Part shown: piece after piece, positions 11,382-25,068 of the stretch
How the letters are laid out: every line of letters starts with the position of its first letter
Numbering within the stretch: position 1 is the stretch's first letter
DNA from: Camelus ferus
Taxonomy: Eukaryota
Assembly: GCF_009834535.1 (NCBI RefSeq)
Contig: NC_045697.1
Coordinates: 24,554,001-24,618,000 of the forward strand
Direction of reading: 5' to 3'
Length of the DNA stretch: 64,000 nucleotides
Notes under the pieces: model-generated
What the model saw: only the letters and a program-made list of their open reading frames with translations
The model's database searches: none
What the model was told of the DNA's origin: nothing
Translations under genes and position numbers: made by a program

Positions 11382-13109
11382 GTTTTATAATATTTTCTAA
11401 AATGAGAATTGAATAAAACTGTCATATGTATTTTACATTGTTATTTTTTTCTTTGTAAGAGTTTATTCATTTTTATTGGATTTATTTTTCAAAAGAGTGT
11501 TCATTGTAAAATAAAGTAGAATTATATAATAATTTCTGGACTTTTCAATAATCACTTACGGAATGATAGAAGCTTTTTATAATATTCAAGAGAAATTATA
11601 ATTGCTTAGCAGTCATTTTGGCATTTTCTTACTCACATGCCTCTAGAATACATTTAAGGACTATTTCTTACTTTTAATTCAAAATAGTAAGATTCAAATG
11701 TTATATTTAAAGCATTAAGGATATATTATTTGATTTAATTGTCTGCATTTTGTTTTGTTTTTCACTTCATATTCACCAACTAGCTGTGGTTTGATCCATG
11801 GCTGTTAACTCTTGGAGATGCACCTTTAAAAAACTCATCACGAATAAAAGTCTTTTTAAAAAGTAGACAGGTAAAATTGGAGATAAGGATTTTTAACTGT
11901 ATTTTGTCATGTAAGATAATTCAATTAAGTTTGATTTTTAGGTTAAAGAAACAGAAGCATAGAGAGGTTAAGTAAGCTGCCTGAAGTTGCATTGTTAGCA
12001 GGGGCACACTAGGACCCAACTCAGGGTCTTAGGAAGTGAGTGGATATTTTCCATTTCTACCCCCTAAAGCATTACCTGGCACATCCTTATGATTTGAGGT
12101 CTAATTTGCTCTACGCTTTTGATCATTTTGCACTGCTAAAATCCATTGATCTTAGGAAAATCACCCTGTGTGGTAGACAATGCTAGAACTAAATGTGAAA
12201 TATCACAATTCGGTCGTCTGTAATCAAAATCAGATACTCAGTTTTAAATTTCAGTATTTTGGTGTGCTCCGAGGTAACTGTACGCCTGCATTCTAAAGTA
12301 AGGGACTTCATGTATTTTGAAAACTGTTTTTCTCTATTCCCAGTTTCCCCTGAATTTTACATGGCTTGAAGTGCTTTCTGCAGCCTTTCGACCCATCTCA
12401 GCACAGACTGGACAGTAAGCATCCCCTGGAGAGACTCGAATTCCCTTTCTTTAAATTAGCTGATTATGGGCCTAGATAGATGTCATTCTCTCTGAGGTGT
12501 GGAACTGCTTCCTCTAAAATGACCAGTCTCTACAGACCAATTAAGCAAAGGAGTGCTGAGCCTGCTTCCGACAGGTAAAGCTCTCAAAACACACAGCAAC
12601 TGGCAGCCTATGTACCTCTAAGCAATTTCTGTGAGAGAATTTTCTGAAAGGTTGAGCTAATGGGTTTGAGTACAGCTGTGCACAATGTTTTGCAGAGACA
12701 GCAAAACTAAGGAAATGTGCATTTTTGCCAGTTTCCTAGAACTGCTTCTCTGCTCTCATCATCAACAAGGCTGCAGAGAAGTGCAGAGGACTCCTGATCA
12801 CTCCTAAAGACCGCTTTTCATCGGGGTAGGCAGCGGTTTTGAACTCAGACCACCCTGTGGCCTTTAGCTGCTTAAACATAAAGGGCAAGTCAAGTTTTAT
12901 TGAGTAGATTTGGCCAAGCTTATACTTTCATCCTTTCCCCAAAGCTTTTGTCTTCTCTGCAAGGGGAATTTTGCAGCAGCCTCTTCTGCATAATGATATC
13001 TGAAATGCTGTCACCGCTAATCAATCTCAGACTTTTTGGACGAAGCATCATATATTACATGGAATCAAACTGCATACATTTTCTTTATTTAACATTAACT
13101 CTATTTCAG

Positions 13110-13330
13110 TATCGTGAGTGGAATGAACCTAGGCTCTAGAGTCCAACAGGTCTGGATTAGAACCTTGAGTTCAGTTACCTAATAGTTGAGTGTTCCTGGG
13201 TAAGTTAGTTAACCCTTTCCTATTAGCCTTGTTATTCTCAATTCTCAGCTCACAGGTGTGGTACCCACATCTGCTCGCATATCTGCAGTGTATTTAAAGA
13301 GTGCCTGGTATAATATGCCCTCTCAATGAG
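13110..13330 (+). mobile_element. MIR SINE
   Basis: GGCTCTAGAGTCCAACAGGTCTGGATTAGAAC...CCTGGGTAAGTTAGTTAACC. Confidence 0.62.
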
Positions 13331-13479
13331 TGTCTCTTCCTCATCCATGTTCTGTGTATTTCTAAGAAGAAAATCAGTCTTGAATTTTTTTAAAATTATG
13401 TTTTTAGTAGAAGACATCACTGAGTTTTCCAACCATACTTCTATGTTCACTAACATGATTTCCCACTCAGGAAAGAACA

Positions 13480-13805
13480 GTGTTTTGGATTAATCTGATC
13501 CATGAACTATTTTTCTGCGATCTACAAGCTGAGCATTATTTTTTATGTTTTAAGGGTAGGATTAAAAAAAAGCGAAAACAAAAATAATAGTTTGTGACAC
13601 AGGTAAATGAAATGAAATTTATATTTCAGTGTCCATAAATAAAGTGTAATTGGAACTCAGATATGTTCTTCTATTTAGGTATTGTGTTTGGGCTCCCTTA
13701 GTGCCACAAAGGCCTGGTGGAGTAATTGCAAAAGAAATCAGATAGCTTGAAAGGCCTAAAATATGAACTATCTGGTCCTTTAAAGATAAAGTTTACAGAC
13801 CCATG
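13480..13805 (-). mobile_element. MER58B-like hAT-Charlie non-autonomous DNA transposon
   Basis: TTTCAGTGTCCATAAATAAAG...TTGGAAC and GCCTAAAATAT...CTATCTGGTCCTTTA...AAAGTTT...GACCC. Confidence 0.8.
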
Positions 13806-16800
13806 GTCTGGAATATTAGGTATGATTATGTCAGTATAATAAAAATGACTTCTTTGAGTAGAGCACTGCTCAGAAAGTATCAACTCAGATATCAAAATTT
13901 AATATAGAACCAAACAAAATATTCACAATGACTTTATTGTTGTTTAGCGTGTGTTTGTTTTCTGGGATGTGAATCACAGAGATGGGGGAATAAAGTCCAA
14001 CCACGTACTTTGTTCCAGAGAACTCAATCTGGAGTCAGGAATCTCTAAAGCCCTAGTTTTTCTAGCAAATTTCTCTTGCAATTTGTGTAACTCACTGTCT
14101 TGCCTAGGAGTCAAGTTTCCTGTTTGTAATCAAATAACCACTAGCATCAATCATATCTAAGGTTCTAAAATTTAAGTTGAGTAGGTTCTTACTACCCTTT
14201 ATCCAAATGTCCCTTATGACTCTTGAACTTAATATTTTATTTAACATCAAAATAAAGATTATGTTAATGTCTATATACATTTTTTTGAAAAGCCTACTCT
14301 TTAACTTAGTGACTTTTAAATTAAGTTGGCCACAGTTTGCTTTAGGAAATAACAGAAAACACAGTGCATTAATTTTTTTGGCACTGTGGCCTGCTGGACT
14401 ACAAAATGATTAAAAAGCACATTCTTTTGTTCTTTGTACTTCAGAGTTTCCTTTAATATTCTAAGTAGTTCTAAAGATGTTGTACTTTAATTGAGAGCTC
14501 TATAAATTTGGTGCATTTCATTTAAATAATAAAATTGGAGACATGCTGAGGAAAAAAGTCGAGGAAAGGAACAGATTATGTTTTTTTGTGTCCTTGTAAC
14601 CATTCCCTGTTCTTTTCAAATTTTGATCCCGAAATAAATGTGTCCGTGTACCTGCACATTCAAATGAAAAGATGGATGAAGGACAAAAGGATTCAGATCC
14701 AAAGAAACAGAACAGTAAAATAAGCTGTTAAAAATTAGGGCAGCATGATAGGCAGGAAACAATTAGGGCACTGCAATTCAGAGATAAGGAGAAGGAGAGG
14801 GCAAGGAATAACGTAATATGACAGGTGAAGGGTGAGCTGGGGCTTCACATTATAAAGGAGGAAGATGGAGCACTTGGATAGGGAGGGAAAATCAAAGGAA
14901 CATCTGCTGACTCCAAATAAGGTGTCAGCACCCTAAAGGTGAGATATGAAACTAAATAGGAAAAGCAGTAGTAAAGGGCTCCAGACTGTTTATGAGAAAT
15001 TAAAGAGGTTCCATGAAGATGAAAGAGATTTATCTGTTCCTGTAAAAGTAGACATATTCCATCTTTGGGTGCTTCCTTCTCCAATACGTATCCAAGGTGC
15101 TCATTTATTTTGTAAATTTTTAATAGATTTTTACAATCCTAATATATTGTACATAGTGGATTTTATTTTTAAATACCATAAGTGAAATAATTCTAGTTCA
15201 ATTTTACTTGTGTTATTCAAAAGGAGGTTCACATAGTGTCTCATATGGCTAATTACTTGAAAACTTTAACCGATTGATATTCTGCCTCATAATTAAATAT
15301 TCAAATATTTACCATGTCACAGTACAACTTTTTCATCTAAGAGAGTAAAATAGAAGGTCCCTAGTTAATATCTGTGTTATTCCAATTTCACTTCTAATTT
15401 GTTTCCTAAAACTCATAGTTCAAAAATGTCTTGACAAAATTAAACAAGCAGGTAAATAATAATCATCTTCTGCTCCAAAATAACAAGAACCAAAACAGGA
15501 GTAAGAATAATAATAACAACAGCAGTAAAAAGAAGGGCCAGATGCCCCAGATAATGTAGGATGTTTTCTGACCAAAATTTCCATCTAAATAATATGAACA
15601 CTACATGAGGAACAGCAGTCTGAAGGAGTCTACATTCTCTCAACGTGAGACAAAGATCATTTACCAAAACCTGACAAACTTCATAGCTCTTGAGAAGAAA
15701 ACCAATAAAGACCAGTAAATGTCATCCCATGCCTTACCCTTGTGTCAGTACTCTGTGCCCGGAATGCTGTTATTTACTTAAGAATCATTTGTTCCTCTAT
15801 CTCTGTGAGCTTCCAGATGATAGCAGTCAGCTGGTGCTTTTTCTCACTACTTTAGAGAAGATGCAATTTTGTTTACTAATTTCTGGAGGCATTCTGACAG
15901 AGTTTCAATGTGCAAACTGGCTTCAACTATTTAAACTCAATTACCCATGTGAAGAGAGGCACTTTTTAAAAATAGCTAATGACAATCACAAGGATATTAT
16001 GCAGCTAAGATCAAAGAGTAATTTACTGTGAGGAAATGGAAATTCACTTCTTTTTTGTTGTTCACGGATAAGCCTAGAGGGAAATTCATCAGTTTTATAT
16101 CCTCAGGTGAATCTATGAAATATATTCTGCAAGCAATAAAAGTAAGTTTGTATTTAAAGTTTCTTAACCACAGCCCTGTCATGACTCATCTTTCCAATTC
16201 TGTCAGGACCTTTCTTTTTGTACTCATTTCTTTGACAAAATGTATTCTTAAAATCTAACAAAAATTGCTTGTAAGAGGACCAAAAATCTCAAGACAATAC
16301 CAAAAAACTTAAGTTATAACCATTGGAGACCTATGGTGTTTGCTCTGTACTTAAAATTCCCCATAGACTTAGAAGTTCAACTTATTGGAGGTAAATGCAG
16401 GCAGTATTATCCTGAATCACTAAACTCATACAAATACTTACCCCCCAAAAGGGAGATTATATTGTAAGATAATTAATTCTATTTTTCACTAGAACTTGAA
16501 ATTACTACATTTTAAGCCAAATATTTATGACCAGTCACATTTAGATTATAGATACCAAGTGACAGTGTATAATTTCATTTAAAAATTACATAACCTGTCA
16601 AAATGATAAATAAGCACTTACATTTTTGGTAGCTAAATTTTAAGTGATCTCTTCCAAGGGTATTTATGTCTTTATATCCCAGGAGCCCAGCTGTATTCTA
16701 AATCAAGTACCAAAGACACCTACGCAAACCACCTGCTCGTTACTAAATCTCCAGGCTCAATTCTATCCTCCTTTCTTTGCCAAGAAGCTATATTCCATCT

Positions 16801-17848
16801 CTTGCTTTGATCAAGATTTTGTATTTGTTATAATTATCAGGACTACACATCCCTTCTTGGTCCTGAACTAGGTGTCAAAAAACAGATTAAGCAAAATTAT
16901 GACATTCTTGGACCTGTTCCCAATTCAGAATCACCACTTTAGGCAACCAAGACCTTCCATGCTGCTCCCAGGAACACAGGCACCCTGACATGGATCTTCA
17001 AGAAACACTATCATTGTCTTTGATGTCTGATCCTTTAATGATTCTTGGGTTGAGATTTCAGGTGTGATGCCATTCATTCATCTCCTCACTCAGTTGCTTG
17101 CTTCATTAAGAGAACTATTTTTAGTGTCCACTATGTGCTAAACATAGTCACGATCCTGGGAATACTAATAATACTGACCAACTTTACTTGGTACTTCATC
17201 ATCTGTACTGAGCTAAAAGCTTGACACTTATTTGTCATGATACAGCTGGCTAAATCATACGAGGTGCATGCTAATATAATGCCCGCTGCAGAGGAAAGCA
17301 AATTGAAGGTTAAAGTTAAATAGCTCACTTAAGCAGAGTTACACAGCTAATCAGGGGCAGAGTACAATTTGAATCCAGGCACTAGAACCCCAGAAACTAC
17401 ACTATTTATCGCTAAAAGACAGGATTTCTGGTGTAAGAATTCTCAGACTCTGGTGGTAGAGGTCAAGAGTTAAACAGATAATTGCACCATAGTTAGACTA
17501 GCATAGACCTATGCATACGTTCTTACGGTAAGATATAGAGGGTGACATAGCATATTTAGAGGCAAAATATTTTTGGATTAGTCACCTTAATTCATTACCA
17601 TGTGGCTTCCAGTGCCTTTAAATAGGTTGTTATGCAAGATAATAAATGGAAACGGTTCAATGTATCCTTGAATTTATATGTGTGAAATGATGTTAGCTTG
17701 TTTTTGGTCTTTTCCATATCTAGATGGCTGGCATCTCCCACTAACTATTTACTTCTCAGTATAGATTAAATAAAATTAACTTCTTCCAGGTTTATTTAAG
17801 ATGTATATCTATTGTGAAACTAAGGCATAATTCCTATGAACTTACAAC

Positions 17849-17850
<2 letters not shown>

Positions 17851-17907
<57 letters not shown>
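17851..17907. repeat. (TA)28 perfect microsatellite
   Basis: Direct inspection. Confidence 0.98.
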
Positions 17908-17910
<3 letters not shown>

Positions 17911-17989
17911 TTGACTCCTTATCTGTTTTTAGGTAATGCCCTGTTTTTTGTCACTTTTCACACAAAACTCAAAGTTTACCATCTTCCAT

Positions 17990-18460
17990 TTTAACTTTCC
18001 AAATTTATTTTCTTTGCTGAACTTTTGCCCCAGCATTCTGCTAAAGCTGTTCATGTATATATCACCACTGACCTCCCTACTACAAAAAACAAAAGTCTGA
18101 CTTTCCCCTCTCTCAGAAGCATTTGAAAAGACTGAACTGCCCCTCCTTCTTCAAATGTTAAATTCCCTTGCTGTCTGTGATGCTTTTGACTCCTGGTCTC
18201 CCTCCTGCTTTACTGATCTATCCTTCTGAGTTAAATTTTTTGGGTTTCTACTCTTGTTCTCAAATTCTAAATATAGTTTGCCTCAGAGAGATGAATTGTT
18301 CCTAGGCTCCTTGTTGGTAGCTTTGTACTTTTTACACTCTCTCTCCCAGGAATCTCATCCTGGATGCAAATATGAATTTATCTATCTGTACATTTATGAC
18401 TCATATATTTGTCTCCAGCCTGAAATGCGACCCTGAATTCAGAGTTATGTATCCACATTC
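17990..18460 (+). mobile_element. L2 fragment
   Basis: TCACCACTGACCTCC...CTCTCAGAAGCATTTGA...CTGCCCCTCCTTCTT...TGTCTCCAGCCTGA. Confidence 0.6.
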
Positions 18461-19657
18461 TCTTGATTAATTAACTAATTAATCCATCCATTCATTTATT
18501 TTATCATTCTACCAACAAACATTCATTTTTTCTTACTGTTTAGAGAACTTTTGTAGATGCAAGGGATTTAATTTTGAACAATCCAGACAAGATCCCTTCT
18601 CACATGGTACTTTTTTTTCTGAAATATTTTTGAGGGAATTAACCTTCTGTTTGATTCTTAGGACATTATGCGTTATGACTGTAACATGAAATTCAGGCAG
18701 TAGAGCATTTGAGACTCTGAAAGACATGTCTAATGCAATGTTGCTATATTATTTTATGAAAATGTCTAAAATACTGCAGATTTTAAAACTGTCAATTTAA
18801 TTATTATTCTACTCAAAAATACTTCTTTCTAGTTTTTTTATTGATTATGTATTTAAAAACCTATATTGCACTCCAGACACAGGAGGTTATTCAGTTGAAA
18901 TAAGCTTGATAAGTAAGTGATATCTGAATTTCATACATTTCAGACACTGTGAAGTGATATGCATAGCAACAGAAATAGGCATAGTTTTATCCTCAACAAA
19001 CATATAACACGAAATCATATCATCAGCACTGATAGATCAAATAGAAGGGGCTAATACCAAGACACATGTTAAACACAGAGATGAGTGGAAATCTGCATAG
19101 GAGGTACACACTTAATATCTATGTAGGTAATTGACTGAACATGGAAGTTATGCACTGAAAGTGTGAGGGGCCAAGAGAAACTTGCTGCTGAAATGATACT
19201 CAGCCCCAAACAGTATCTGTGTGCTATCTCTTGATAGTAAAACTCTGAATGTAATCAGGTTAATTAACTTAATAAATCCAGAGGCCCAGCAGTGACTAAC
19301 ACATTTAATACTCACATGCCTTGTAGATTTCAATCATTCTTAAAGCATATTTGAGTGCCTACTACAACATAGAGCATATTAATATCTATTCTACATGATG
19401 AAGCATAGAAATCTGCTGAATTTTCATCTTTCTAGTAATAAGCTACAATCCTCCATGATAAATGAGACCAAATCTTATCTTCATATTAACACTTCTCCAT
19501 ATCTGTGGATAATTAATTCACACATTTATATTTACTTAAAATGAGAATAAAGCATGTTTGATGGAAAAAATGGTGGCGACAGGAGGCTTTAGATTTCAGA
19601 TTTCCCTTCACAGTTAATATACCAAGAATCTTAGCCTGCTTGAGATTCCAGACTTTA

Positions 19658-19947
19658 TTTTTTTTAATTTTTTAAGTTTTTAAATTGAAGTATAGTCGAT
19701 TTACAATGTTGTATTAGTTTCTGGTGTACAGCATAGTGGTTCAGTTATACATAGATATATATATCCCTTGTCATACTCTTTTTCATTTTAGGCTATTAAC
19801 AAGATTTTGAATATAGTTCCCTGTGGTATACAGTGGGTCATTGTTGTTTATCTATTTTATATATAATAGTTACTATCTGCAAATCCGGAACTTCCAGTTT
19901 ATCCCTCCCCAACCCCTCTCCCCCTGGCTATCCGTAAGTTTATTTTC
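19658..19947 (-). mobile_element. Short L1 3'-UTR-only insertion (cetartiodactyl/camelid L1) with a 17-bp TSD
   Basis: T-rich tail followed by ATTGAAGTATAGTCGATTTACAATGTTG, a typical L1 3' end. TSD TGAGATTCCAGACTTTA (19641-19657) vs TGAGACTACAGACTTTA (19948-19964), 15/17 identical. Confidence 0.88.
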
Positions 19948-19964
19948 TGAGACTACAGACTTTA

Positions 19965-20160
19965 CGGCAAATTTCTCAACCCTGATAGTACATACAGAAA
20001 GTTTAAAAAAGATATTTACGTACAAGCCCTACTCCTGGAGATTCCGATTTAACTGGTCTGGTAGTAGGGTTCAGCATTTCCTTAATGTATATTTTAAAAT
20101 CTGTGTTATTACAAAGCTTCCCAAATGTTTTGAATGGCAGCCATGTTTAGGAATCACTCC
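19965..20160. mobile_element. MER5A-like MITE
   Basis: TTTCTCAACCCTG...GAGATTCCGATTTAACTGGTCTGG...GCAGCCATGTTTAGGAATCACT. Confidence 0.6.
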
Positions 20161-20171
20161 TCCAAGTATGA

Positions 20172-20650
20172 TGTATTGATTAAGATACTGACAGGAAATA
20201 GATGCCACATTTAAAGAATTAATGAAGATCTTTTTACAGAGATGTGGGCAGAGAACAACCAACCAAAAGGGATGAGATCAGTAGCATCAGGAAGTTGTTA
20301 GTTCCCCGAGTTTGCAGGGGCGAGAGGAGGAAGTAGTTTTAATAGAGCCTGCTAAGTGCTATAGCCAGTAGAGAGGGGCTTCAGGAGCGGAACCCTGGCC
20401 GTGAGGAAAGGAAACAGCCACACCAAAAAGTAAGATCGTGTGGACAGGGAAGACTTGGGTGTATGTGTGACAGTAGAATGGGATAAAGAGCTTTTCTCTC
20501 CCTGCTGTTGCTCTGCAATCTCTGGCCAGCACCTCCCTTCAGAAGAATTTAACTGGGAGTTCAAGGACAAGAGAGCTCAAGACTCAGGTCTTCGTAGTCA
20601 GCTGGATACAGAGAAAGCTGTGAGTGATTACATGGAAAATAACCAGCATA
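20172..20650 (-). mobile_element. LTR33-like ERVL solo LTR
   Basis: TGTATT...CAGGAAATAGATGCCACATT...TTTACAGAGATGTGGGCAG resembles the recalled antisense LTR33 end. Confidence 0.55.
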
Positions 20651-21739
20651 TTGAAGGACTTTCCAATTCAGTCTATACATAGCTTTTTTTTTAGTTCAAT
20701 CTTTCTTTTTAAGTCATGATTCCACACCTACATTATATCACTTTACTTTCAAATCCTGGATTTAAATTTGAGCACAATATGCTCTGTGCTTTTATGAAGT
20801 GTTTTTTTAAAGCATTTACAACTGAAATTTGAAATATTTACTTACTTAAAAAAATACTGCACTGATTAGCTGAACTCAGAACTAACAAAATTCATATTAT
20901 AAATTCTTCGATAATCTGATAAGTAATAGCAATAAAATTGTAGATATCCCATATTTAGGTCCTGAAAGATGCAGCAAGACTCAAAAATACTTTAAAATAT
21001 TTTTATATGAAAATAGTATCATGGTCATCAAAATAACTTTGTAATAAGTAATTATAAAACCACTCCATTATCTAATTGGACTCCTGAACAGTTTTTTCAA
21101 TTAGTTTTTAAAATCATTAAAATGAGAAATCTAAAACTAAGAATTATTATAGACCCTTTTAAGTCTGTTTTGTGGCATTTAGCTGATATAACTTAACATT
21201 TGTGAATGATTTTGCATCCACTTTAGATGGGCTTGGGCAATATTTCTGTTTAGAACATCATATCATTGATGAGGAATTCAACCCCCAAAATTCTTAACAA
21301 ATGATAATTTCAATAATTTGTACTGATTGCTTGTGGGCAAGACATAATGTTAAATATGTAAAGTGATGATACAAAAACAGAGAACCGGTGTTCCTTAGAT
21401 CAGCCTTTTGAGATAAAATAGGTTAAAATATGTATCAGCTAAAAGGCTAATAAATCATTATTTCTGTAGCTCCAGCTCTACTCTCAAAATTTCAAGCTTT
21501 CCAAATCTATAAAAATCCCTTTGTAACACTCGAAACTTAGGAGACCACAGGATTTCTTGCAAATGGCCATTTTCTCCATATTCCCTAAGGTCTCCTGGTT
21601 TTGAGATTCTGGTTAGGTGCTGTGATAGTTTTTCATCTATTTTATAATCTTGTGCCATCCTCTGCTGGAAGAAAATAAATAAAAGAAGTACCAACATTGT
21701 GGCACAATCCTCCTTTTCTTTTTCCTAAGTCCCTTAATT

Positions 21740-22160
21740 ATCTCAGCAGTTATTTCAGTCACAGCGACCTCCTTGAAATATGCCTGGTATATTCAAGCCT
21801 TGGGTCTTTGCACTGTGCTTTTTTCTGATTAAGAAGTCCTTCGCTCATATAAACAAATGGCTCACGCTGTCATCTTCACAGATTATATCACATTCTCAGC
21901 AAGGTCTACTCTGAGTAATTACAAACCTATCTTCTTGACCAGCAGGCTCAACCCATTCCACCTTGTCTGTTTGTTTATCTCATATGAAGTATCACCTTCT
22001 AACAATGATACGTTTGATTTCTTTTAGTATTTTTATTTTGTATTCCTCTCCATTATAATAATTCCATAAGGGCAGAGATCATTGTCTTCCACTGTTTGTT
22101 CACTGCTGCAGACCCAGAAGCCAGCCCACTGTCGGCACTCTAAATAATTTGTTGCGTAAA
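21740..22160 (+). mobile_element. L2 3' end
   Basis: GGGTCTTTGCACTG...TTCCATAAGGGCAGAGA...TTGTTCACTGCTG...GGCACTCTAAATAATTTGTTG. Confidence 0.7.
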
Positions 22161-22429
22161 GGAGACACATTCACCATGATAGCAAGATATTCTCACATTC
22201 ATTGTAACCGATTTGATTTAGAGATAAATGAGAGCAATTTCTGTAGTTCATTTATAAATGAATGCTAAAAATAACAATACTTATCACAACTTGTGGGATG
22301 CGGCCAAAGCATTATGTATAGAGAACTTTATAACCTAAATGCTCAATTTTAAGAAAAGACAGTGTCAAGATAATTAGCTAAATGTATGAGCTACAAAGTT
22401 CAAACACTTAAGGCAGAATATGGTGACAG

Positions 22430-23070
22430 AAAGTCAAAAAATAAAAATTAAAATTAAGTGGAAATTCATTCATTTGATTAAAGATAATCAGGTAACTTTT
22501 ATCTAAGTGATTATGGGAAAAGAGAGAGAAGACAAACATACAAATTTTTAAAGAGGGGACATGCCTATAGATACTTTAAAATTAAATAGATGAATGCATA
22601 TAATGAATAACTATAGGCAATACATTTAAATGTAAATAAAATACATGGAGAATTCCCTATAAATTTACAATTTAACAAGCTGACTCGCAAAGGATTATAG
22701 AATCTGAATAAGCTTATAATAATTAAACAAATAGAATTAGTTTAAAACTCTTTACCATGAAAAAATCAGGTTCCCAGAAGTATTTCCAGGCATATTTCAT
22801 CAAATATTTAAGGAACCACTCCACTCACACACAAACTCTTTCAGACAAACTCTCTTCTAGAGAGAATCGCATTTGTACACACATTCTTACAAAGGAAAAT
22901 ACTGCACTTTCTGAAGGTAGCCTTAATGAGGCTGGCTCATCTGATATCAAAACAAGTAGAGGACATTATGGAAAATTAATATTTAAAATTAAATTTACTC
23001 ATAATTACAGATATCAAATAACAAGTTATTTAACCAAATCTAACATTTTATACACAAAAAGATCACTGTC
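22430..23070 (+). mobile_element. Ancient L1M ORF2 fragment
   Basis: A-rich, with decayed ORF2 landmarks (AAGCTGACTC...ATAGAATCTGAATA...ATAGAATTAGT, TCAAATATTTAAGGAA, CTGATATCAAAAC). Confidence 0.6.
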
Positions 23071-23894
23071 TCCCTCTTTGATGGACCTCTGTAGTGTCTA
23101 AAAATCTGAGCTGTTCTTCATAAACCACATTTCCTTGGAACTTTCAAGCAGTAGAGTTATTTGTGCAACATTTCACTACTAAGGAGAGTTTGGTTTACTA
23201 ACTGCATACCGGGTAAGGCTCCCAGAGCTCCTGAACAGACAAGTACATGCCTGAGCTGACAAGTCATTGTTCCAGTGACCTTACTTCAGCTGCATTGCCA
23301 CCTGCCTTTGAGTTGACATGCACAGCTTTAAAAATTCAAACTTAGTTGGCTCTGCCAGATATATTGTCACCCACCAAAACTGTTGCAGAAAACAGCTCCC
23401 TCGGATGTAGTCTGCAGGACAAGGAGAAAAGGAAATCTTTCCAATTGTTAAAACTTTAATCATTGTATGCCTGTTCACTTTGCCTGGGAAGAGAGAAACA
23501 AAGTGTGGATATATGTCAGTGTATGAATGTCTAAGCATTTGGCTGAATGATCAAGGGATTCCATATTTCATAAAATGGAAGATTGGTGACAAGGATTCTA
23601 CAGAGCATACTTTGTAACAGAGTATTCTATAAAGGTCTGCAATTGTGAAATTTAAAAAAATACTGTTTGTTTCCAGTTGCACATTTATTCGAAGATTCCT
23701 GGGAAGATGTTGGAAAATAAGACAGAAGTCATTCTGTCTCTTTCTACAACAATCCTATTGTTTTTTTGTTGCATTCTCAGCCATGAAATCATACAGGGGG
23801 TTATTTTGGGGCTTATTTGTATAGGCATATCATCATCAAGGCTGAGTTGTCTGACTGAGGCATAAGCTTTTAGAATTAACTTAGATGCTTTCAG

Positions 23895-24120
23895 AAAAGC
23901 AAGCAAGCAAGAGAAGGAAGAAAGGGACAGAAGGAGGGAGGGGAGGGAAGAATTGGAGGATGGAGGGAGGGAAGAAAGAAAAAGAAAGAGAAAGGAAGGA
24001 AGGAAAGAAAGAAAGAATGAAAGAACAAAAGAACAAAAGAAAGAAAGGAAGGAAGGAAGGAGGAAGATTACAAATACGTGCAAAAATAAAACAAAACAAC
24101 AACAAAAACCCAAAACAAAC
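23895..24120. repeat. Purine-rich compound repeat (GGAA/GAAA/CAAA)
   Basis: Direct inspection; it explains the spurious K/E/R-rich and F/L/S-rich ORFs. Confidence 0.92.
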
Positions 24121-24794
24121 AGCAGTTGGATACCTGATTCAAAATAGGTATCTGGCAGCAAACTAGTTTTCAGGACATTCCACCTTCGCTCAAGTTGCAA
24201 GAGCCTGGAGAAATTTTAAAAACTCAAAGCATAAAAAAATCTGGGAGAGAAAGATAACTGCCTTACACATGGATTCTCAGGAAACTGTTCCACCAACTAA
24301 ATCCTAAAATATCTGAATACTTAGCTAATCCTCAGGACCCTCAGATCTCATAGAGTTACCAAGAACAATTTTTGAACTCTATGGGCTGAGAGACAGAGGA
24401 TGTCAGACGAGTTGGCCCATAAAACTAAACATCAAAACTACTATACTGTCAACTTAGCTTCTGATTATTTTCCATAGTTCACTGATCCACGTCCATATGG
24501 CTAGGGACATATGACGTGCAGAAGGGAGAAGGCTAGGCTGAGGAAAAATTAATGCTAGGTTGATGACTAAATTGCTTCAATTCATGGGAGATTTGATTTC
24601 TTTGATTTGTTCATGTATAATGTCTTAGTGAATTGCTCAAATAATACATTTGTCAAATTTATGTATAGTATGAAAATAATACATAAATAGTGGATGTTAT
24701 TATAGGCATTTATTGTATAGTATTGGTTTAATTATAAACATTTACTTTGTTTGTATTGCAATTATGATACTGGTTTGGGAAGAAACCATTTTAC

Positions 24795-25068
24795 TGTGGG
24801 TGGATTAAAAAAAAGTGACCAGAATACTTCCTTACATATCTGTATGCACACCCCTTGGGAAAGTGCGTTTACAGTTCCTTCCATCAAGATCTGGGGTCTA
24901 TTTCCTCACCCATTGAATGTAGGATTGTTGAGTGGCTTGCTTTGTTCAATAGGACTTTGGCAAACATGATGCTGGCGTAAGAGTCAAATGTTCTTGAGCA
25001 TTTGGGTTCACCCTCTCTTGCTGTGGCAAACCCTGAGATCATCATTCTGTGAACAAGCTTACTAGCCA
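24795..25068 (+). mobile_element. MLT1 (MLT1G/H-like) MaLR LTR, 5' part
   Basis: TTCCATCAAGATCTGGGGTCTATTTCCTCACCCATTGAAT...GGCTTGCTTTG is an MLT1-type core. Confidence 0.7.

Noticed and set aside
11347..12279. 11-mer CCGAGGTAACT repeated at 11347 and 12269
   Set aside because: The similarity does not extend; probably chance.
23237..23266. Cluster of p53-like half-sites (AGACAAGTAC, GTACATGCCT, TGACAAGTCA)
   Set aside because: Each has mismatches, and the spacing is overlapping or non-canonical.
23685..24200. 171-aa hydrophobic ORF and overlapping K/E/R-rich ORFs
   Set aside because: Produced by the GGAA/GAAA simple repeat, which lacks stop codons.
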